Below are positions 8,558-17,365 of a DNA stretch of 51,699 bases, piece after piece. The position numbers and the translations under genes were made by a program. Below the pieces are notes generated by a model, which had not been told where the DNA came from, did not search any database, and was given only the letters and a program-made list of their open reading frames with translations. This stretch comes from Armatimonadota bacterium (GTDB lineage Bacteria; Armatimonadota; UBA10988), in assembly GCA_016235455.1 (NCBI GenBank), contig JACRKZ010000107.1:1-51699 (forward strand), given 5' to 3'. Within the stretch, counting starts at the first letter, position 1. Each line of letters opens with the position of its first letter.

Positions 8558-10066
8558 TCACAAGTCGTTGCCGCTATAGGACAGGCCGAAGCTCTTGTTG
8601 CAGAGCGGGAAGTCGCTGACCACTTCGCCGCGCGCGGCCACGGCCAAGCCGGTCCAGTTGTTGAAGCTGGGGTCCTTCACCGCATAGCGCAGGATCTGTC
8701 CCTGGTCGCCGGTGAGGACCAGGTGCACCAGCTCGCCGCGCCAGGCCTCGACGAGGCCGCAGGCCCAGCGGTCGGCCGGCAGTCGGTCGGGCAGGTCGAC
8801 ACGGGTCGGCGCGTCGGGGTTGTGCTGGGCCAGCAGGCGCCGCAGCAAGGTCAGGCTGGCACGGATCTCGGCGCAACGCACCGTGCAGCGGGCCAGCACA
8901 TCGCCGTCGCCGCCGCGCGCGGGCTGCCAGCCGAGGTCCGCATAGGGCGGCTGGCTTAGCGCGGAGCGCACATCGTAGTCGAGGCCCGCGGCGCGGCCGG
9001 CGGGCCCCACCAGGCCGATCTCGTCGGCGATGGGCCGCGGCACCACGCCGGTGCCGGCCATGCGTTCCAGCGCGCCGGAGTTGTCCAGCAGCAGCGGCTC
9101 GGCGCGCTCGAAGCCGTCGATGAGCTGCGTCACGCAGTGTTCGGCGCCCTCGCGCTGGTCGCCCGGCAGCGGTCGCGCCAGGCCGCCGGGCACGATGGCG
9201 TGGGCCTGGTAGCGGCTGCCGCACAGCCACTCGCTGAGGATCTGCGCGCGTGGCCTAAGCAACGAGAAGGCCGTGGCGCCCGCGGCGAATCCCGTGTCGG
9301 CGCAGTAGCCGATCAGATCACCCAGGTGGCAGGCCACGCGTTCGCATTCCAGCAGTGCCGCGCGCAGAGCCACCGCGGCCGGCGGCGGCTCGATGTCCAG
9401 CAGGCTCTCGACCGCCAGCGCATGGGCCAGGGCGTTGCCCGCCGCGGTGTCGCTGGAAATGGTCGACACGACATGGTGCGCCTGACGCCAGGGCGTACGC
9501 GCCAACTGCTCTTCGAGCCCCCGGTGCTGGTAGCCGAGGCGGATCTCCAGGTGCTGAATGACCTCGCCATGGCAACTGAACCGGAAGTGGCCCGGCTCGA
9601 TGATGCCGGCATGGATGGGGCCGACGGGGATCTCATAGACGCCCTCGCCACCGACTTCGAGGAAGCGGTAGCGCGTGGCCTCACCGGTCTCCGCGGCGCC
9701 GTCGCAGGGCGTGGGTCGCAGCGGGTGCAGGTGAGCCGGCCAGGCTTCGTGCAGCAGCAGCGGGTTCGGCCGGGCCTGGTCGGCCGGGCGCAGGCCAAAG
9801 AAGTCGTAGAGTGCGCGTTTGGCCCAGTGCGCCTGGGGCACCAGCCGGGTCAGCGGCGGCAGCGTGTCGTCGTCCAGCGGCGTGCGCCACAGCGCGGGTC
9901 GCAGCTGGCCGGCGGCCTGGCCGTCGGGGCTCAGCACCAGGGCGGCCAGCGCCAGCCTGGACTGGCCATCGTCGGCGGCGGTCAACAGCGCCAGCCGGCC
10001 GCCGCGCTCGATGAGCGCCTTGAGTTGCGGGGCCAGGTCGGCCCGGCTCACGGTGGTCGGCGTCAT
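8558..10066 (-). CDS. Ehr-type large subunit (NuoC+NuoD / HyfG-HycE-like) lacking NiFe-binding CxxC motifs
   Basis: EIPVGPIHAGIIEPGHFRF, RLGYQHRGLE, VEAWRGE, DPSFNNW and the C-terminus DFPLCNKSFGLSYSGNDL. The ATG overlaps the upstream stop (ATGA). Confidence 0.9.
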   Translation of the reverse strand: MTPTTVSRADLAPQLKALIERGGRLALLTAADDGQSRLALAALVLSPDGQAAGQLRPALWRTPLDDDTLPPLTRLVPQAHWAKRALYDFFGLRPADQARPNPLLLHEAWPAHLHPLRPTPCDGAAETGEATRYRFLEVGGEGVYEIPVGPIHAGIIEPGHFRFSCHGEVIQHLEIRLGYQHRGLEEQLARTPWRQAHHVVSTISSDTAAGNALAHALAVESLLDIEPPPAAVALRAALLECERVACHLGDLIGYCADTGFAAGATAFSLLRPRAQILSEWLCGSRYQAHAIVPGGLARPLPGDQREGAEHCVTQLIDGFERAEPLLLDNSGALERMAGTGVVPRPIADEIGLVGPAGRAAGLDYDVRSALSQPPYADLGWQPARGGDGDVLARCTVRCAEIRASLTLLRRLLAQHNPDAPTRVDLPDRLPADRWACGLVEAWRGELVHLVLTGDQGQILRYAVKDPSFNNWTGLAVAARGEVVSDFPLCNKSFGLSYSGNDL

Positions 10067-11511
10067 TGGCCCACTCCCTGCGCAATGGCCAGCAGGCCCG
10101 GCGACAGCGCGACGCCCAGCGCCACCAGGCCCGCCAGCAGCGCGGTCGGCACCAGCCAACGGCTGGCATCGTGGGCCGGCGGGTCCAGGTCGGCCGGCGG
10201 TTCGCCGAGCAACAGGCCAGCCAGATGGATGGCCAGCGCCACAAACGCGACGGCCAGCGCCAGGCTGAGCACGACCACCACCAGCGCATGGCCCGTGTCA
10301 GCTGCCTGGCTGAGGATGTGCCACTCAGCCAGGAAGTTGCCGAACAGCGGCGTGCCGGCCACCGCGGCGACGGCCAGGGCCAGCAGCAGCGCCTCGCGTG
10401 GCCGCCGCTGCGCCAGGCCGCGCACGCGGTCCAGTGCCTTGGTGCCGTAGTCCTGCAGCACGTTGCCGGCGAGCAGGAACAGCGCCACCTTGGCCAGACT
10501 GTGACACAGGGCTTGCAGCGCCAGGCCCTGGCCGTCGAACAAGGCGATGGCGGTGGCCATGATGCCCACGTTCTCCATGCTCGAGTAGGCCAACATGCGC
10601 TTGAGGTCGTGCTGGCGCAGCAGCATGAGGCTGGCGGCGACCACCGTGGCCAGCGCGAGAGGCAACAACGTCATGGCCACGAAGCGCTGCTGGCCGGCGG
10701 CCTGCAGGATGCTCGCGGCGCGCCACAGGCCGATCAGCGCGCAGTTGAGCAGCGCGCCCGAGAGCATGGCGCTGGCTGGCGCGGGCGCCTCGCTGTGGGC
10801 GTCGGGCAACCAGGTGTGCAGCGGATAGAGCCCGGCCTTGGTGCCATAGCCCAGCAGCACGAACAGGAAGCCCAGCCGCAGCAGCCTGACCGGCAGCAGT
10901 GCCGCGTGGTCGGCCAGCACCGCGACCGACAAGCTGCCCTCGGGCAGCGCGCCGACCTGCTGTGAAGCGGCGAACAGCAGCGCCGTGCCGAAGAAGGCGA
11001 AGGCGATGCCCACGCTGCAGATGATCAGGTACTTCCAGGTGGCTTCGAGCGAGGTGCGCGAGCGGTGGTAGTAGACCAGCGGCGCCGAGCAGACGGTGGT
11101 GGCCTCGATGCTGATCCACAACAGACCGAGGTTGTCCGCGCAGCAGACCAGGCACATGGAGGCGCAGAACAGCGCGGTGAACCCGTAGTACTGGCGCACG
11201 GCACGCGGTGTGGGCGGATGCGGGCCGGCCAGCTCGCGGTCGAAGAAGCCGACCGCGTGAGTCAGCGCCGCGGCCACGACGATCAACGTGAGCAGCAGGA
11301 ACCAGGCCGCAAGCGAGTCCAAGCGGCAGACACCATCCGGCTCGGGCGCGCCACCGGCCAACAGGCGCGGCACGGCCACCACGGTGGCCAGCGCCAGATG
11401 CGCCCAGGCCAGCACGGCGGCGCGGCGCGTGAGCTGCGCGATGGTCGGTTGGCTCGCGGCCAGGGCCAGCGTCAGCAGCGGCACGAGCAGCAGGATCACG
11501 GCGAGGATCAT
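10063..11511 (-). CDS. hyfF: HyfF-like antiporter-type membrane subunit
   Basis: Polytopic; LWISIEATT, SLEATWKYLIICSVGIAFA, GYGTKAGLYPLHTWLPDAHSEAPAP, LKRMLAYSSMEN. Confidence 0.88.
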   Translation of the reverse strand: MILAVILLLVPLLTLALAASQPTIAQLTRRAAVLAWAHLALATVVAVPRLLAGGAPEPDGVCRLDSLAAWFLLLTLIVVAAALTHAVGFFDRELAGPHPPTPRAVRQYYGFTALFCASMCLVCCADNLGLLWISIEATTVCSAPLVYYHRSRTSLEATWKYLIICSVGIAFAFFGTALLFAASQQVGALPEGSLSVAVLADHAALLPVRLLRLGFLFVLLGYGTKAGLYPLHTWLPDAHSEAPAPASAMLSGALLNCALIGLWRAASILQAAGQQRFVAMTLLPLALATVVAASLMLLRQHDLKRMLAYSSMENVGIMATAIALFDGQGLALQALCHSLAKVALFLLAGNVLQDYGTKALDRVRGLAQRRPREALLLALAVAAVAGTPLFGNFLAEWHILSQAADTGHALVVVVLSLALAVAFVALAIHLAGLLLGEPPADLDPPAHDASRWLVPTALLAGLVALGVALSPGLLAIAQGVGQ

Positions 11512-11515
11512 GGGG

Positions 11516-12136
11516 TCAGTCCCGGAGCGAGTCGAGCGCGGTCACGTCGATGTGCTCGAAGCGGTCGTTGATGCGGAAGGCCAGCAGCCCGGCCAGCATG
11601 GCCACGGCCAGCAGCTCGAGCAGAACGCCCAACTCGACCAGCAGAGGCATGGAGCGCGGCTGGGCGATGGTGTAGTAGAAGATGCCGTTCTCCAGCACCA
11701 GGAAACCGATGATCTGGCTGACTGCCATGCGGCGCGAGATCATCAGGATCATGCCGATGAGCAGCAGCGCCAGTGCCGGCAGGTCGGCGACGCGCAGGGC
11801 ATCGTGCATGGGCCGCAGCAGCAGCAGCGCGGACAGCACACCGACGGTCAGCAGCAGCAGCAGCGGCGGCGCGATGAACAGGCCCTCGTCCCGCCGGCAG
11901 CCGATGTGCCGCGTCAGGTGCAGCAGGTAGGTCGGCACGGCCAGGCCCTTGAGCAGCGCCGACACCAGGCCGACGACGATCAACGCCAGCTCGCCGTGCT
12001 GCCAGCCGATGCTCACCGCCGCCGCGTCCAGCGCCAGGGTCTGGACACCATAGACCACCAGCTTCGTGCGCAGGTTCGTCAGGCCGACCATCCACAGTCC
12101 GGTCAGCACCAGGAACGCGGCCATCGTTTCAGACAT
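11516..12136 (-). CDS. hyfE: HyfE-like membrane subunit
   Basis: Hydrophobic, 206 aa; SQIIGFLVLENGIF, MPLLVELGVLLE, FRINDRFEHIDV. Start MSETM at 12136. Confidence 0.85.
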   Translation of the reverse strand: MSETMAAFLVLTGLWMVGLTNLRTKLVVYGVQTLALDAAAVSIGWQHGELALIVVGLVSALLKGLAVPTYLLHLTRHIGCRRDEGLFIAPPLLLLLTVGVLSALLLLRPMHDALRVADLPALALLLIGMILMISRRMAVSQIIGFLVLENGIFYYTIAQPRSMPLLVELGVLLELLAVAMLAGLLAFRINDRFEHIDVTALDSLRD

Positions 12137-13214
12137 GCTCAGCACCTGACCTTGGGGCGAATAGCACGGCCCGTGCCGGACCGCCACGCTCCAGCGTGGC
12201 ATCGGGTCGGAGACCCGACCGTTGCGGCGGGATCGCGGTTGTCTCGTCCGACGGCTGCGCCGACGGCCGATGCCATGCTGGAGCATGGCGGTCCGGCGCA
12301 GGCGACGGTGCCTCGCTTTTGAGCGCGACAATCAGGCAGGCCATGGTGGCCGCCGTCAGGCCGAAGGCCATGAGCGCGGGGATGCGCCGCCAGCGCAGTC
12401 GCACCATGACCGTCTCGATGAAGGCCACCACCGCGCAGGCGCCGACGATCAGTGCCAGGCTGGTCGCATGCGCCGCCCAGGGCGCCAGGGCCGGCGTTCC
12501 CATCAGCAGCACCTGGGCCAGCAGGCCGAACAGCACGGCCAGCTTGATGCCCGCGCCCAGCTCCACCAGCGCCAGATTGCGTCCGGAGTTCTCCAGGATG
12601 AGCGCCTCGTGGATCATCGTCAGTTCGAGGTGCGTGGTCGGGTCGTCGACGGGCATGCGCGCCAGTTCCGCGGTGATCGACAGCCACAGCGCGGTGCCGA
12701 CCAGCGGCAGCAGTGTGCCCAGCTCGGCGCCGGGCCGCGAGGCGAAGAGCACCGCCAGGTCCGACGAGCCGGCCTGCACGGCCAGCGCGGCCAGCGCCAA
12801 CACCAGCGCCGGCTCGGCCAGCACGCCGACCGCCGCCTCGCGGCTGGCGCCCAGCGCGCCGAACGTCGTGCCGGGGTCGAGCGCGGCGAGCGACATGGCG
12901 AACTTGCCCAGCGCCAGCAGGTAGACCAGCAGGAACACATCACCATGCAGCGGCGCCGGCAAGCCCAGCCAGGGCACCGACAGCGCGCAGACCAGCACGC
13001 AGCCCAACGCCACCGACGGCGCGGCGGCAAAGACCCAGGTGGTCGTCTCGCTGATCGTCTCGCCCTTGCGCGCCAGCTTGGCCAGGTCGCGGTAGACCTG
13101 CCACACGGGCGGGCCCTGTCGACCTTGCAAGCGCGACTTGAGCTTGCGCAACAGACCGATCAGCAGCGGCGGCAGCAGCAGCGTATAGGCCAGATAGAGT
13201 GCCCAGCCGATCAT
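12129..13214 (-). CDS. hyfC: HyfC/HycD (NuoH-like) membrane subunit with a 62-aa repeat-derived C-terminal tail
   Basis: LQGRQGPP, DLAKLARK, FGALGASRE, AELARMPVDDPTTHLELTMIHEALILENSG. The start MIGW overlaps the hyfB stop. Confidence 0.88.
   Translation of the reverse strand: MIGWALYLAYTLLLPPLLIGLLRKLKSRLQGRQGPPVWQVYRDLAKLARKGETISETTTWVFAAAPSVALGCVLVCALSVPWLGLPAPLHGDVFLLVYLLALGKFAMSLAALDPGTTFGALGASREAAVGVLAEPALVLALAALAVQAGSSDLAVLFASRPGAELGTLLPLVGTALWLSITAELARMPVDDPTTHLELTMIHEALILENSGRNLALVELGAGIKLAVLFGLLAQVLLMGTPALAPWAAHATSLALIVGACAVVAFIETVMVRLRWRRIPALMAFGLTAATMACLIVALKSEAPSPAPDRHAPAWHRPSAQPSDETTAIPPQRSGLRPDATLERGGPARAVLFAPRSGAEHV
12175..12297. repeat. REP-like inverted doublet (family D) inside the 3' end of hyfC
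   Basis: 31-bp arms GCCGGACCGCCACGCTCCAGCGTGGCATCGG (12175-12205) / CCGATGCCATGCTGGAGCATGGCGGTCCGGC (12267-12297), with 2 mismatches. Confidence 0.85.
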
Positions 13215-15184
13215 GGCACCATCCTTCCCACGACCAGCAGCAGCAACAGCACGACCAGCATGGCGGTCAGGTAGGCATGGATGCTGCCCGCCTGACACCG
13301 CGCGATCCAGCGGCCACAGCGGTCGATGAACTGCACCGCGGGCCGGTAGACGTGCGCCCCGAGGATCGGGTCGGTGCTGGGCACCACGGTGATGCGCCGG
13401 GGGAACAGGTCGGCGCGGTCGCCCTCCACACGGCGGGTCACCGCGTAGCGCATCAGGTTGCCGAACAGCCGTAGCAACGGCTGGGCGAAGCTGCCGGCGG
13501 TAGCCTGCATGCGCGGGCCCAGGTCGCCAAAGCCGCACTCCCAGGTGATGTAGGTGCGCGACGGCTGCGCCAAGTCCGCGGTGCGTCGCAGGCACCAGGC
13601 CGCGGCCACCGTCAGCGCCAGCACCGCGGCCAGCGAGCCCATGGGCAGCGTCCATACCGTGGTCAGCGCGGCGGCGGCGGGCGCCAACGGCGCAACCACC
13701 GGCTCGAGCGCCGCCAACACCCAGGGCGCGCCCAGTCCAAGCAGCAGGCAGACCGCGGCCAGCCCAATCTGCGCGATGCGCATCCCGCGGCCGACCTCGA
13801 CGGCCTCGGCCATCTCCGCCGAGCGCGGTCGGCCCAGGAAGGCGATGCCCGTGGCTTTGACAAAGCAGGCTAACGCCAGCACGCCAGCCAACGCGATCCA
13901 GCCGACCAGCAGCATCGCCGCGAAGCGCGGCAGCGGCGCGGAGCCGCCAACGGCCAGCCCCAGCGCGCTCTGGTAGAGCAGCCACTCGCTGGCGAAGCCC
14001 GACAGCGGCGGCAGCGCGCAGATGGCCGCGCTGCCGGCCACGAAGCAGGCGAAGGTCGTCGGCAGGCGCCGGCCCAGACCGCTGAGCAGCCGCAGATCCC
14101 GCGTGCCCGTGGCCACATCCATCGCGCCGGCGGCCAGGAACAGCAGCGCCTTGACCACGGCGTGGCTGAGCACATGGAACAGCGCCGCCGCCAGCGCCAG
14201 CCGCGCGGCCACCGGCAGCCCCAGCCCGCTCGCGACCATGGCCAGGCCCACACCCACCAGGATCAGGCCGACATTCTCCACGGTGCAGTAGGCCAGCAAC
14301 CGCTTGAGATCATCCTGCAGCAGTGCGAATAGGACGCCCCAGAAGGCAGAGACAGCGCCCAGCACCAGCACCGTCACGCCCAGCGCGGGATGGCTGAACG
14401 CCGCCGGCAGCACAAACAGCCGGACCAGCGCATAGACCGCCACCTTGACCATCACGCCGCTCATCAGCGCCGACACCGGCGACGGCGCCGCGGGATGGGC
14501 AATGGGCAGCCACAGATGGAACGGCCACATGCCCGCCTTGACACCCAGGCCCAGCAGCACCAGCAGCCCCGGCCCTAGCGCCGCCGCGCCGCTCAGATGC
14601 CAGTCGGAAAACGTCCAACTGCCGCTCTGCGCATGGGCCCAGAGGAACCCGCCCATCAGCGCCGCCGTGCCCACGCGCGTGGCGCCCAGATAGACCAGCG
14701 CCGCCGACCGCACCGCCGGCGTGCGCCCGTCGGTGGCCACCAGCGCGAACGAACTGAGCGACATGACCTCCCAGGCCACGAGGAAGGTCGGCGCGTTGGC
14801 CGCCAGCACCACGCCGACCATGCTGACCAGCAGCAGGCCCAGGCTCGGCCAGTAGGCGCGGGTCTCGGCATGCCGCGTCAGATGCCGCAGGTAGCCCGGC
14901 TGATACGGCGCCGTGCCCGCCGCTACCAGCCCGATGACCGCAACGAACCAGCCCGCCAGGGGATCAAGCCGGAAAGCAAAGGGCGAACCGCCTAACGAGA
15001 ACGGCGCGGCCAGGTAGACGTCGCTCGGCGCCGCGGCCATCAGCAGCACGCCACCGATCAGTGCCGCGCACCCGCCGCTGAGCAGTAGGAGCGCTGAGCG
15101 CCGATGCGCCCGACCACCCGACAGCAGCAGACCCCAGGCGAGCACGGCACCCGCTACCAGCAGCGCTGGCAGGCCAAACGTCAC
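13211..15184 (-). CDS. hyfB: HyfB/HycC-like antiporter-type membrane subunit
   Basis: FLVAWEVMSL, GVKAGMWPFHLWLPIAHPAAPSPVSALMSG, LPPLSGFASEW, FLGRPRS, TWECGF, RMQATA. The GTG start overlaps the ArsR stop. Confidence 0.88.
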   Translation of the reverse strand: MTFGLPALLVAGAVLAWGLLLSGGRAHRRSALLLLSGGCAALIGGVLLMAAAPSDVYLAAPFSLGGSPFAFRLDPLAGWFVAVIGLVAAGTAPYQPGYLRHLTRHAETRAYWPSLGLLLVSMVGVVLAANAPTFLVAWEVMSLSSFALVATDGRTPAVRSAALVYLGATRVGTAALMGGFLWAHAQSGSWTFSDWHLSGAAALGPGLLVLLGLGVKAGMWPFHLWLPIAHPAAPSPVSALMSGVMVKVAVYALVRLFVLPAAFSHPALGVTVLVLGAVSAFWGVLFALLQDDLKRLLAYCTVENVGLILVGVGLAMVASGLGLPVAARLALAAALFHVLSHAVVKALLFLAAGAMDVATGTRDLRLLSGLGRRLPTTFACFVAGSAAICALPPLSGFASEWLLYQSALGLAVGGSAPLPRFAAMLLVGWIALAGVLALACFVKATGIAFLGRPRSAEMAEAVEVGRGMRIAQIGLAAVCLLLGLGAPWVLAALEPVVAPLAPAAAALTTVWTLPMGSLAAVLALTVAAAWCLRRTADLAQPSRTYITWECGFGDLGPRMQATAGSFAQPLLRLFGNLMRYAVTRRVEGDRADLFPRRITVVPSTDPILGAHVYRPAVQFIDRCGRWIARCQAGSIHAYLTAMLVVLLLLLVVGRMVP

Positions 15185-15546
15185 GGCAACACCTCCGGGT
15201 CCACGCCGGTCGGCGTGGCCGCCTCGGCCTGAATCGACAACAGGAGATCGCTGGCCTGGCTAAGTTGCTGCTCGAAGTAGGTGCGCAGCGAGGCCAGCAC
15301 GTCCAGCAGCAGCGGGCTGCGAATGGAGTAGAACACCTGGTTGCCCTCGCGGCGCGCCACCACGATGCTCTTGCCGCGCAGCACCGCCAGGTGCTGCGAC
15401 ACATTGGCCTGCTCCAGCCCCAGACGCACCATGATCGCGCCGGCGGTGATCTCACCGTCGCGCAACAACTCCACGATGGCGATCCGCGTGGGATGAGCCA
15501 ACGCGGAGAAGATCTCAGCTTTGAACCGGCGCAACGCGTCGTCCAT
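15181..15546 (-). CDS. ArsR/SmtB-family transcriptional regulator heading the Ehr operon
   Basis: FKAEIFSALAHPTRIAIVELL...QANVSQHLAVLR...RREGNQVFYS winged helix; 121 aa. Confidence 0.92.
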   Translation of the reverse strand: MDDALRRFKAEIFSALAHPTRIAIVELLRDGEITAGAIMVRLGLEQANVSQHLAVLRGKSIVVARREGNQVFYSIRSPLLLDVLASLRTYFEQQLSQASDLLLSIQAEAATPTGVDPEVLP

Positions 15547-15572
15547 GAGAGCAGTCCCTCTATCTCGATTGC

Positions 15573-15610
15573 ATGATATCGCATACCGGTATATTCGCAA
15601 GTTCGAATAT
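15573..15610 (-). promoter_or_regulatory. Sigma70-like promoter with an overlapping ArsR-type operator palindrome
   Basis: Minus strand TTGCGA-N16-TATCAT. The inverted repeat ATATTCG-N6-CGAATAT (15591-15610) covers the -35 box in an AT-rich patch. Confidence 0.65.
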
Positions 15611-15642
15611 GAGGTGCTCTCCGGCGGCGCCAGAGCCGCGGA

Positions 15643-15667
15643 AGGCAATCGAGCGGGCCTGGCGAAT
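15643..15667 (+). promoter_or_regulatory. Putative sigma-H-like promoter
   Basis: AGGC-N17-GAAT, 21 nt before the ATG at 15689. Confidence 0.5.
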
Positions 15668-15688
15668 CCGCGCGCGGAGGTCGCTCGC

Positions 15689-16759
15689 ATGCTCAGCGCC
15701 AAACCCGATTTCGACGAAGCCAGGACTCGCTGGGAGCACTTCTGGCACGGTGAGGTCGACAAGCGGCCGCTGGTCATGGCCCATGCGTTCCATGGCCAGG
15801 TGCGCGAGTGGCCGGGCTCGCGGTCCTATGAGCGCGCGGTGCTCGGCCGGTACGACGAGACCCTCGACCTGATCGACGAGTTCATGGATGTGGCTGAGTA
15901 CCTGGGCGAGGCCATGCCGTCGTTTGGCGTCTGCCACGGGCCGGACCAGTACGCCGCCTTCCTGGGCGCGGAACTGAAGTTCAACGACAGTTCGGGCAAC
16001 ACCAACTGGGTGGACCCGCTCATCGACGATTGGGCCACCGCCGACCTGACGCTGCACGAGGCCAACCCGACCTTCCAGAGCGTGCTGGCTTTCGGCCGCG
16101 CCATGGCCGAGCGGGCGCGAGGTCGCTATCTGGTCGGGCCGATCGATGCCCACTCGCACCTCGACACGCTCAGCGCCCTGCGTGGGCCGCAACGGCTGCT
16201 GATGGACCTGTACGACTGCCCCGAGCAGATCGACCGCGCCATGGCGCAGGTGCGGCCGCTGTTCCCGCGCGTCTACCAGGCGGTGTGGGACGCGGGTGAC
16301 ATGGGCGGCGCCAAGGGCTGCAGTCAGGGCGAGTTCTGGGGGCCCGGCAAGTTCGGCGTCATCCAGTGCGACTTCATCTACATGATCGGGCCTGAGCACT
16401 TCCGCCGCTTCGCGCTGCCGGCCATCGCGGAGGAGGCGGCGTGGCTCGACCAGGTCTACTTCCACCTTGACGGGCCCGGCTCGTTCCGCCACCTCGACGA
16501 CCTGCTGGCGGTGCCCAACATGGGCATCATCTCCGTCGACTCCGGCGACGGCCAGCCAGAGAACCACACCTGGGTCGACCTGTTCCAGCGCATCCTGGCC
16601 GCCGGCTGCAAGGTGCGCATCTACGGCTCCGGGCTCGATCTGGAGCGCATCAAGGTGCTGCACCGCGAGTTGGGCCCGCGCAACGTGATCTACAGCCCGG
16701 CCGTGGGCACGAGGGCCGAGTTCGAGCGGATCTGTGATTGGCTCGTCGCCAATACGTGA
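15689..16759 (+). CDS. Uroporphyrinogen decarboxylase/MtaA-superfamily TIM-barrel protein of unknown function
   Basis: GPDQYAAFLG, LSALRGPQRLLMDLYD, IQCDFIYMIGPEHFRRFALP, FHLDGPG; GGAGG SD. Confidence 0.75.
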   Translation: MLSAKPDFDEARTRWEHFWHGEVDKRPLVMAHAFHGQVREWPGSRSYERAVLGRYDETLDLIDEFMDVAEYLGEAMPSFGVCHGPDQYAAFLGAELKFNDSSGNTNWVDPLIDDWATADLTLHEANPTFQSVLAFGRAMAERARGRYLVGPIDAHSHLDTLSALRGPQRLLMDLYDCPEQIDRAMAQVRPLFPRVYQAVWDAGDMGGAKGCSQGEFWGPGKFGVIQCDFIYMIGPEHFRRFALPAIAEEAAWLDQVYFHLDGPGSFRHLDDLLAVPNMGIISVDSGDGQPENHTWVDLFQRILAAGCKVRIYGSGLDLERIKVLHRELGPRNVIYSPAVGTRAEFERICDWLVANT

Positions 16760-16825
16760 CGTTCGCCGCGGGCAGACGCCACGTTGTTCCGGCGACAGGC
16801 CAAGTCGAGCGAGGAGGACACAGCG

Positions 16826-17359
16826 ATGGGCGTCCACCAGCTTGTCACGCCCTACGACGCAGGCTGGACGCAATGGGCACAAGAGTGTGGCGTGCCTCTG
16901 ACCGGCGACGAACCAGCTGGCCGGAAGCCGACGCTCGCGGAGTTGCTGGCCGCCGTGGCGAGCCTGGCCGAGCACGACACGACGCTGGCCGAAGGCCACG
17001 ACGACGCTCCGGTCGCCAGCCTGCCGCCGCACTGGTTCCAGATCCATGCCAGGTCGCGCGCCATGCGCCGCTTCGCCTGCGAGGGCCAGTGGCGCAACAC
17101 CGTGGCGCCGGGCATCGCCGAGGAGCCGGCCTCTTGGCTTGTGATCGACGGGCGCGTCGACGCCGACGGTAGCGTCGCGCTCATGTCCTGCCAAGGCCAT
17201 TCCGCGCCCCTGCTGGCCGTGGTGCGTGCCCTGGTCGCCGCGTGCGGCCCGCAGGTCATGTTCGCCGACTGCGCTGGCATCCCGTGGCTGGTGCTGACGT
17301 CAGACAGCGTGCCAATCGGGCCGGAGCCGTGGTGGGGAGACCTGCCGGACGGCGGGTGA
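16826..17359 (+). CDS. Hypothetical protein (177 aa)
   Basis: Strong GAGGAGG SD, protein-like composition, fills the gap between neighbours. No family recognised. Confidence 0.65.
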   Translation: MGVHQLVTPYDAGWTQWAQECGVPLTGDEPAGRKPTLAELLAAVASLAEHDTTLAEGHDDAPVASLPPHWFQIHARSRAMRRFACEGQWRNTVAPGIAEEPASWLVIDGRVDADGSVALMSCQGHSAPLLAVVRALVAACGPQVMFADCAGIPWLVLTSDSVPIGPEPWWGDLPDGG

Positions 17360-17365
17360 CAGCGC

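Noticed and set aside
8558-10066. Calling the operon a functional NiFe hydrogenase-4 / formate hydrogenlyase
   Set aside because: Both CxxC NiFe motifs are absent, there is no cleavable C-terminal extension, and no fdh or hyp genes are in the window.
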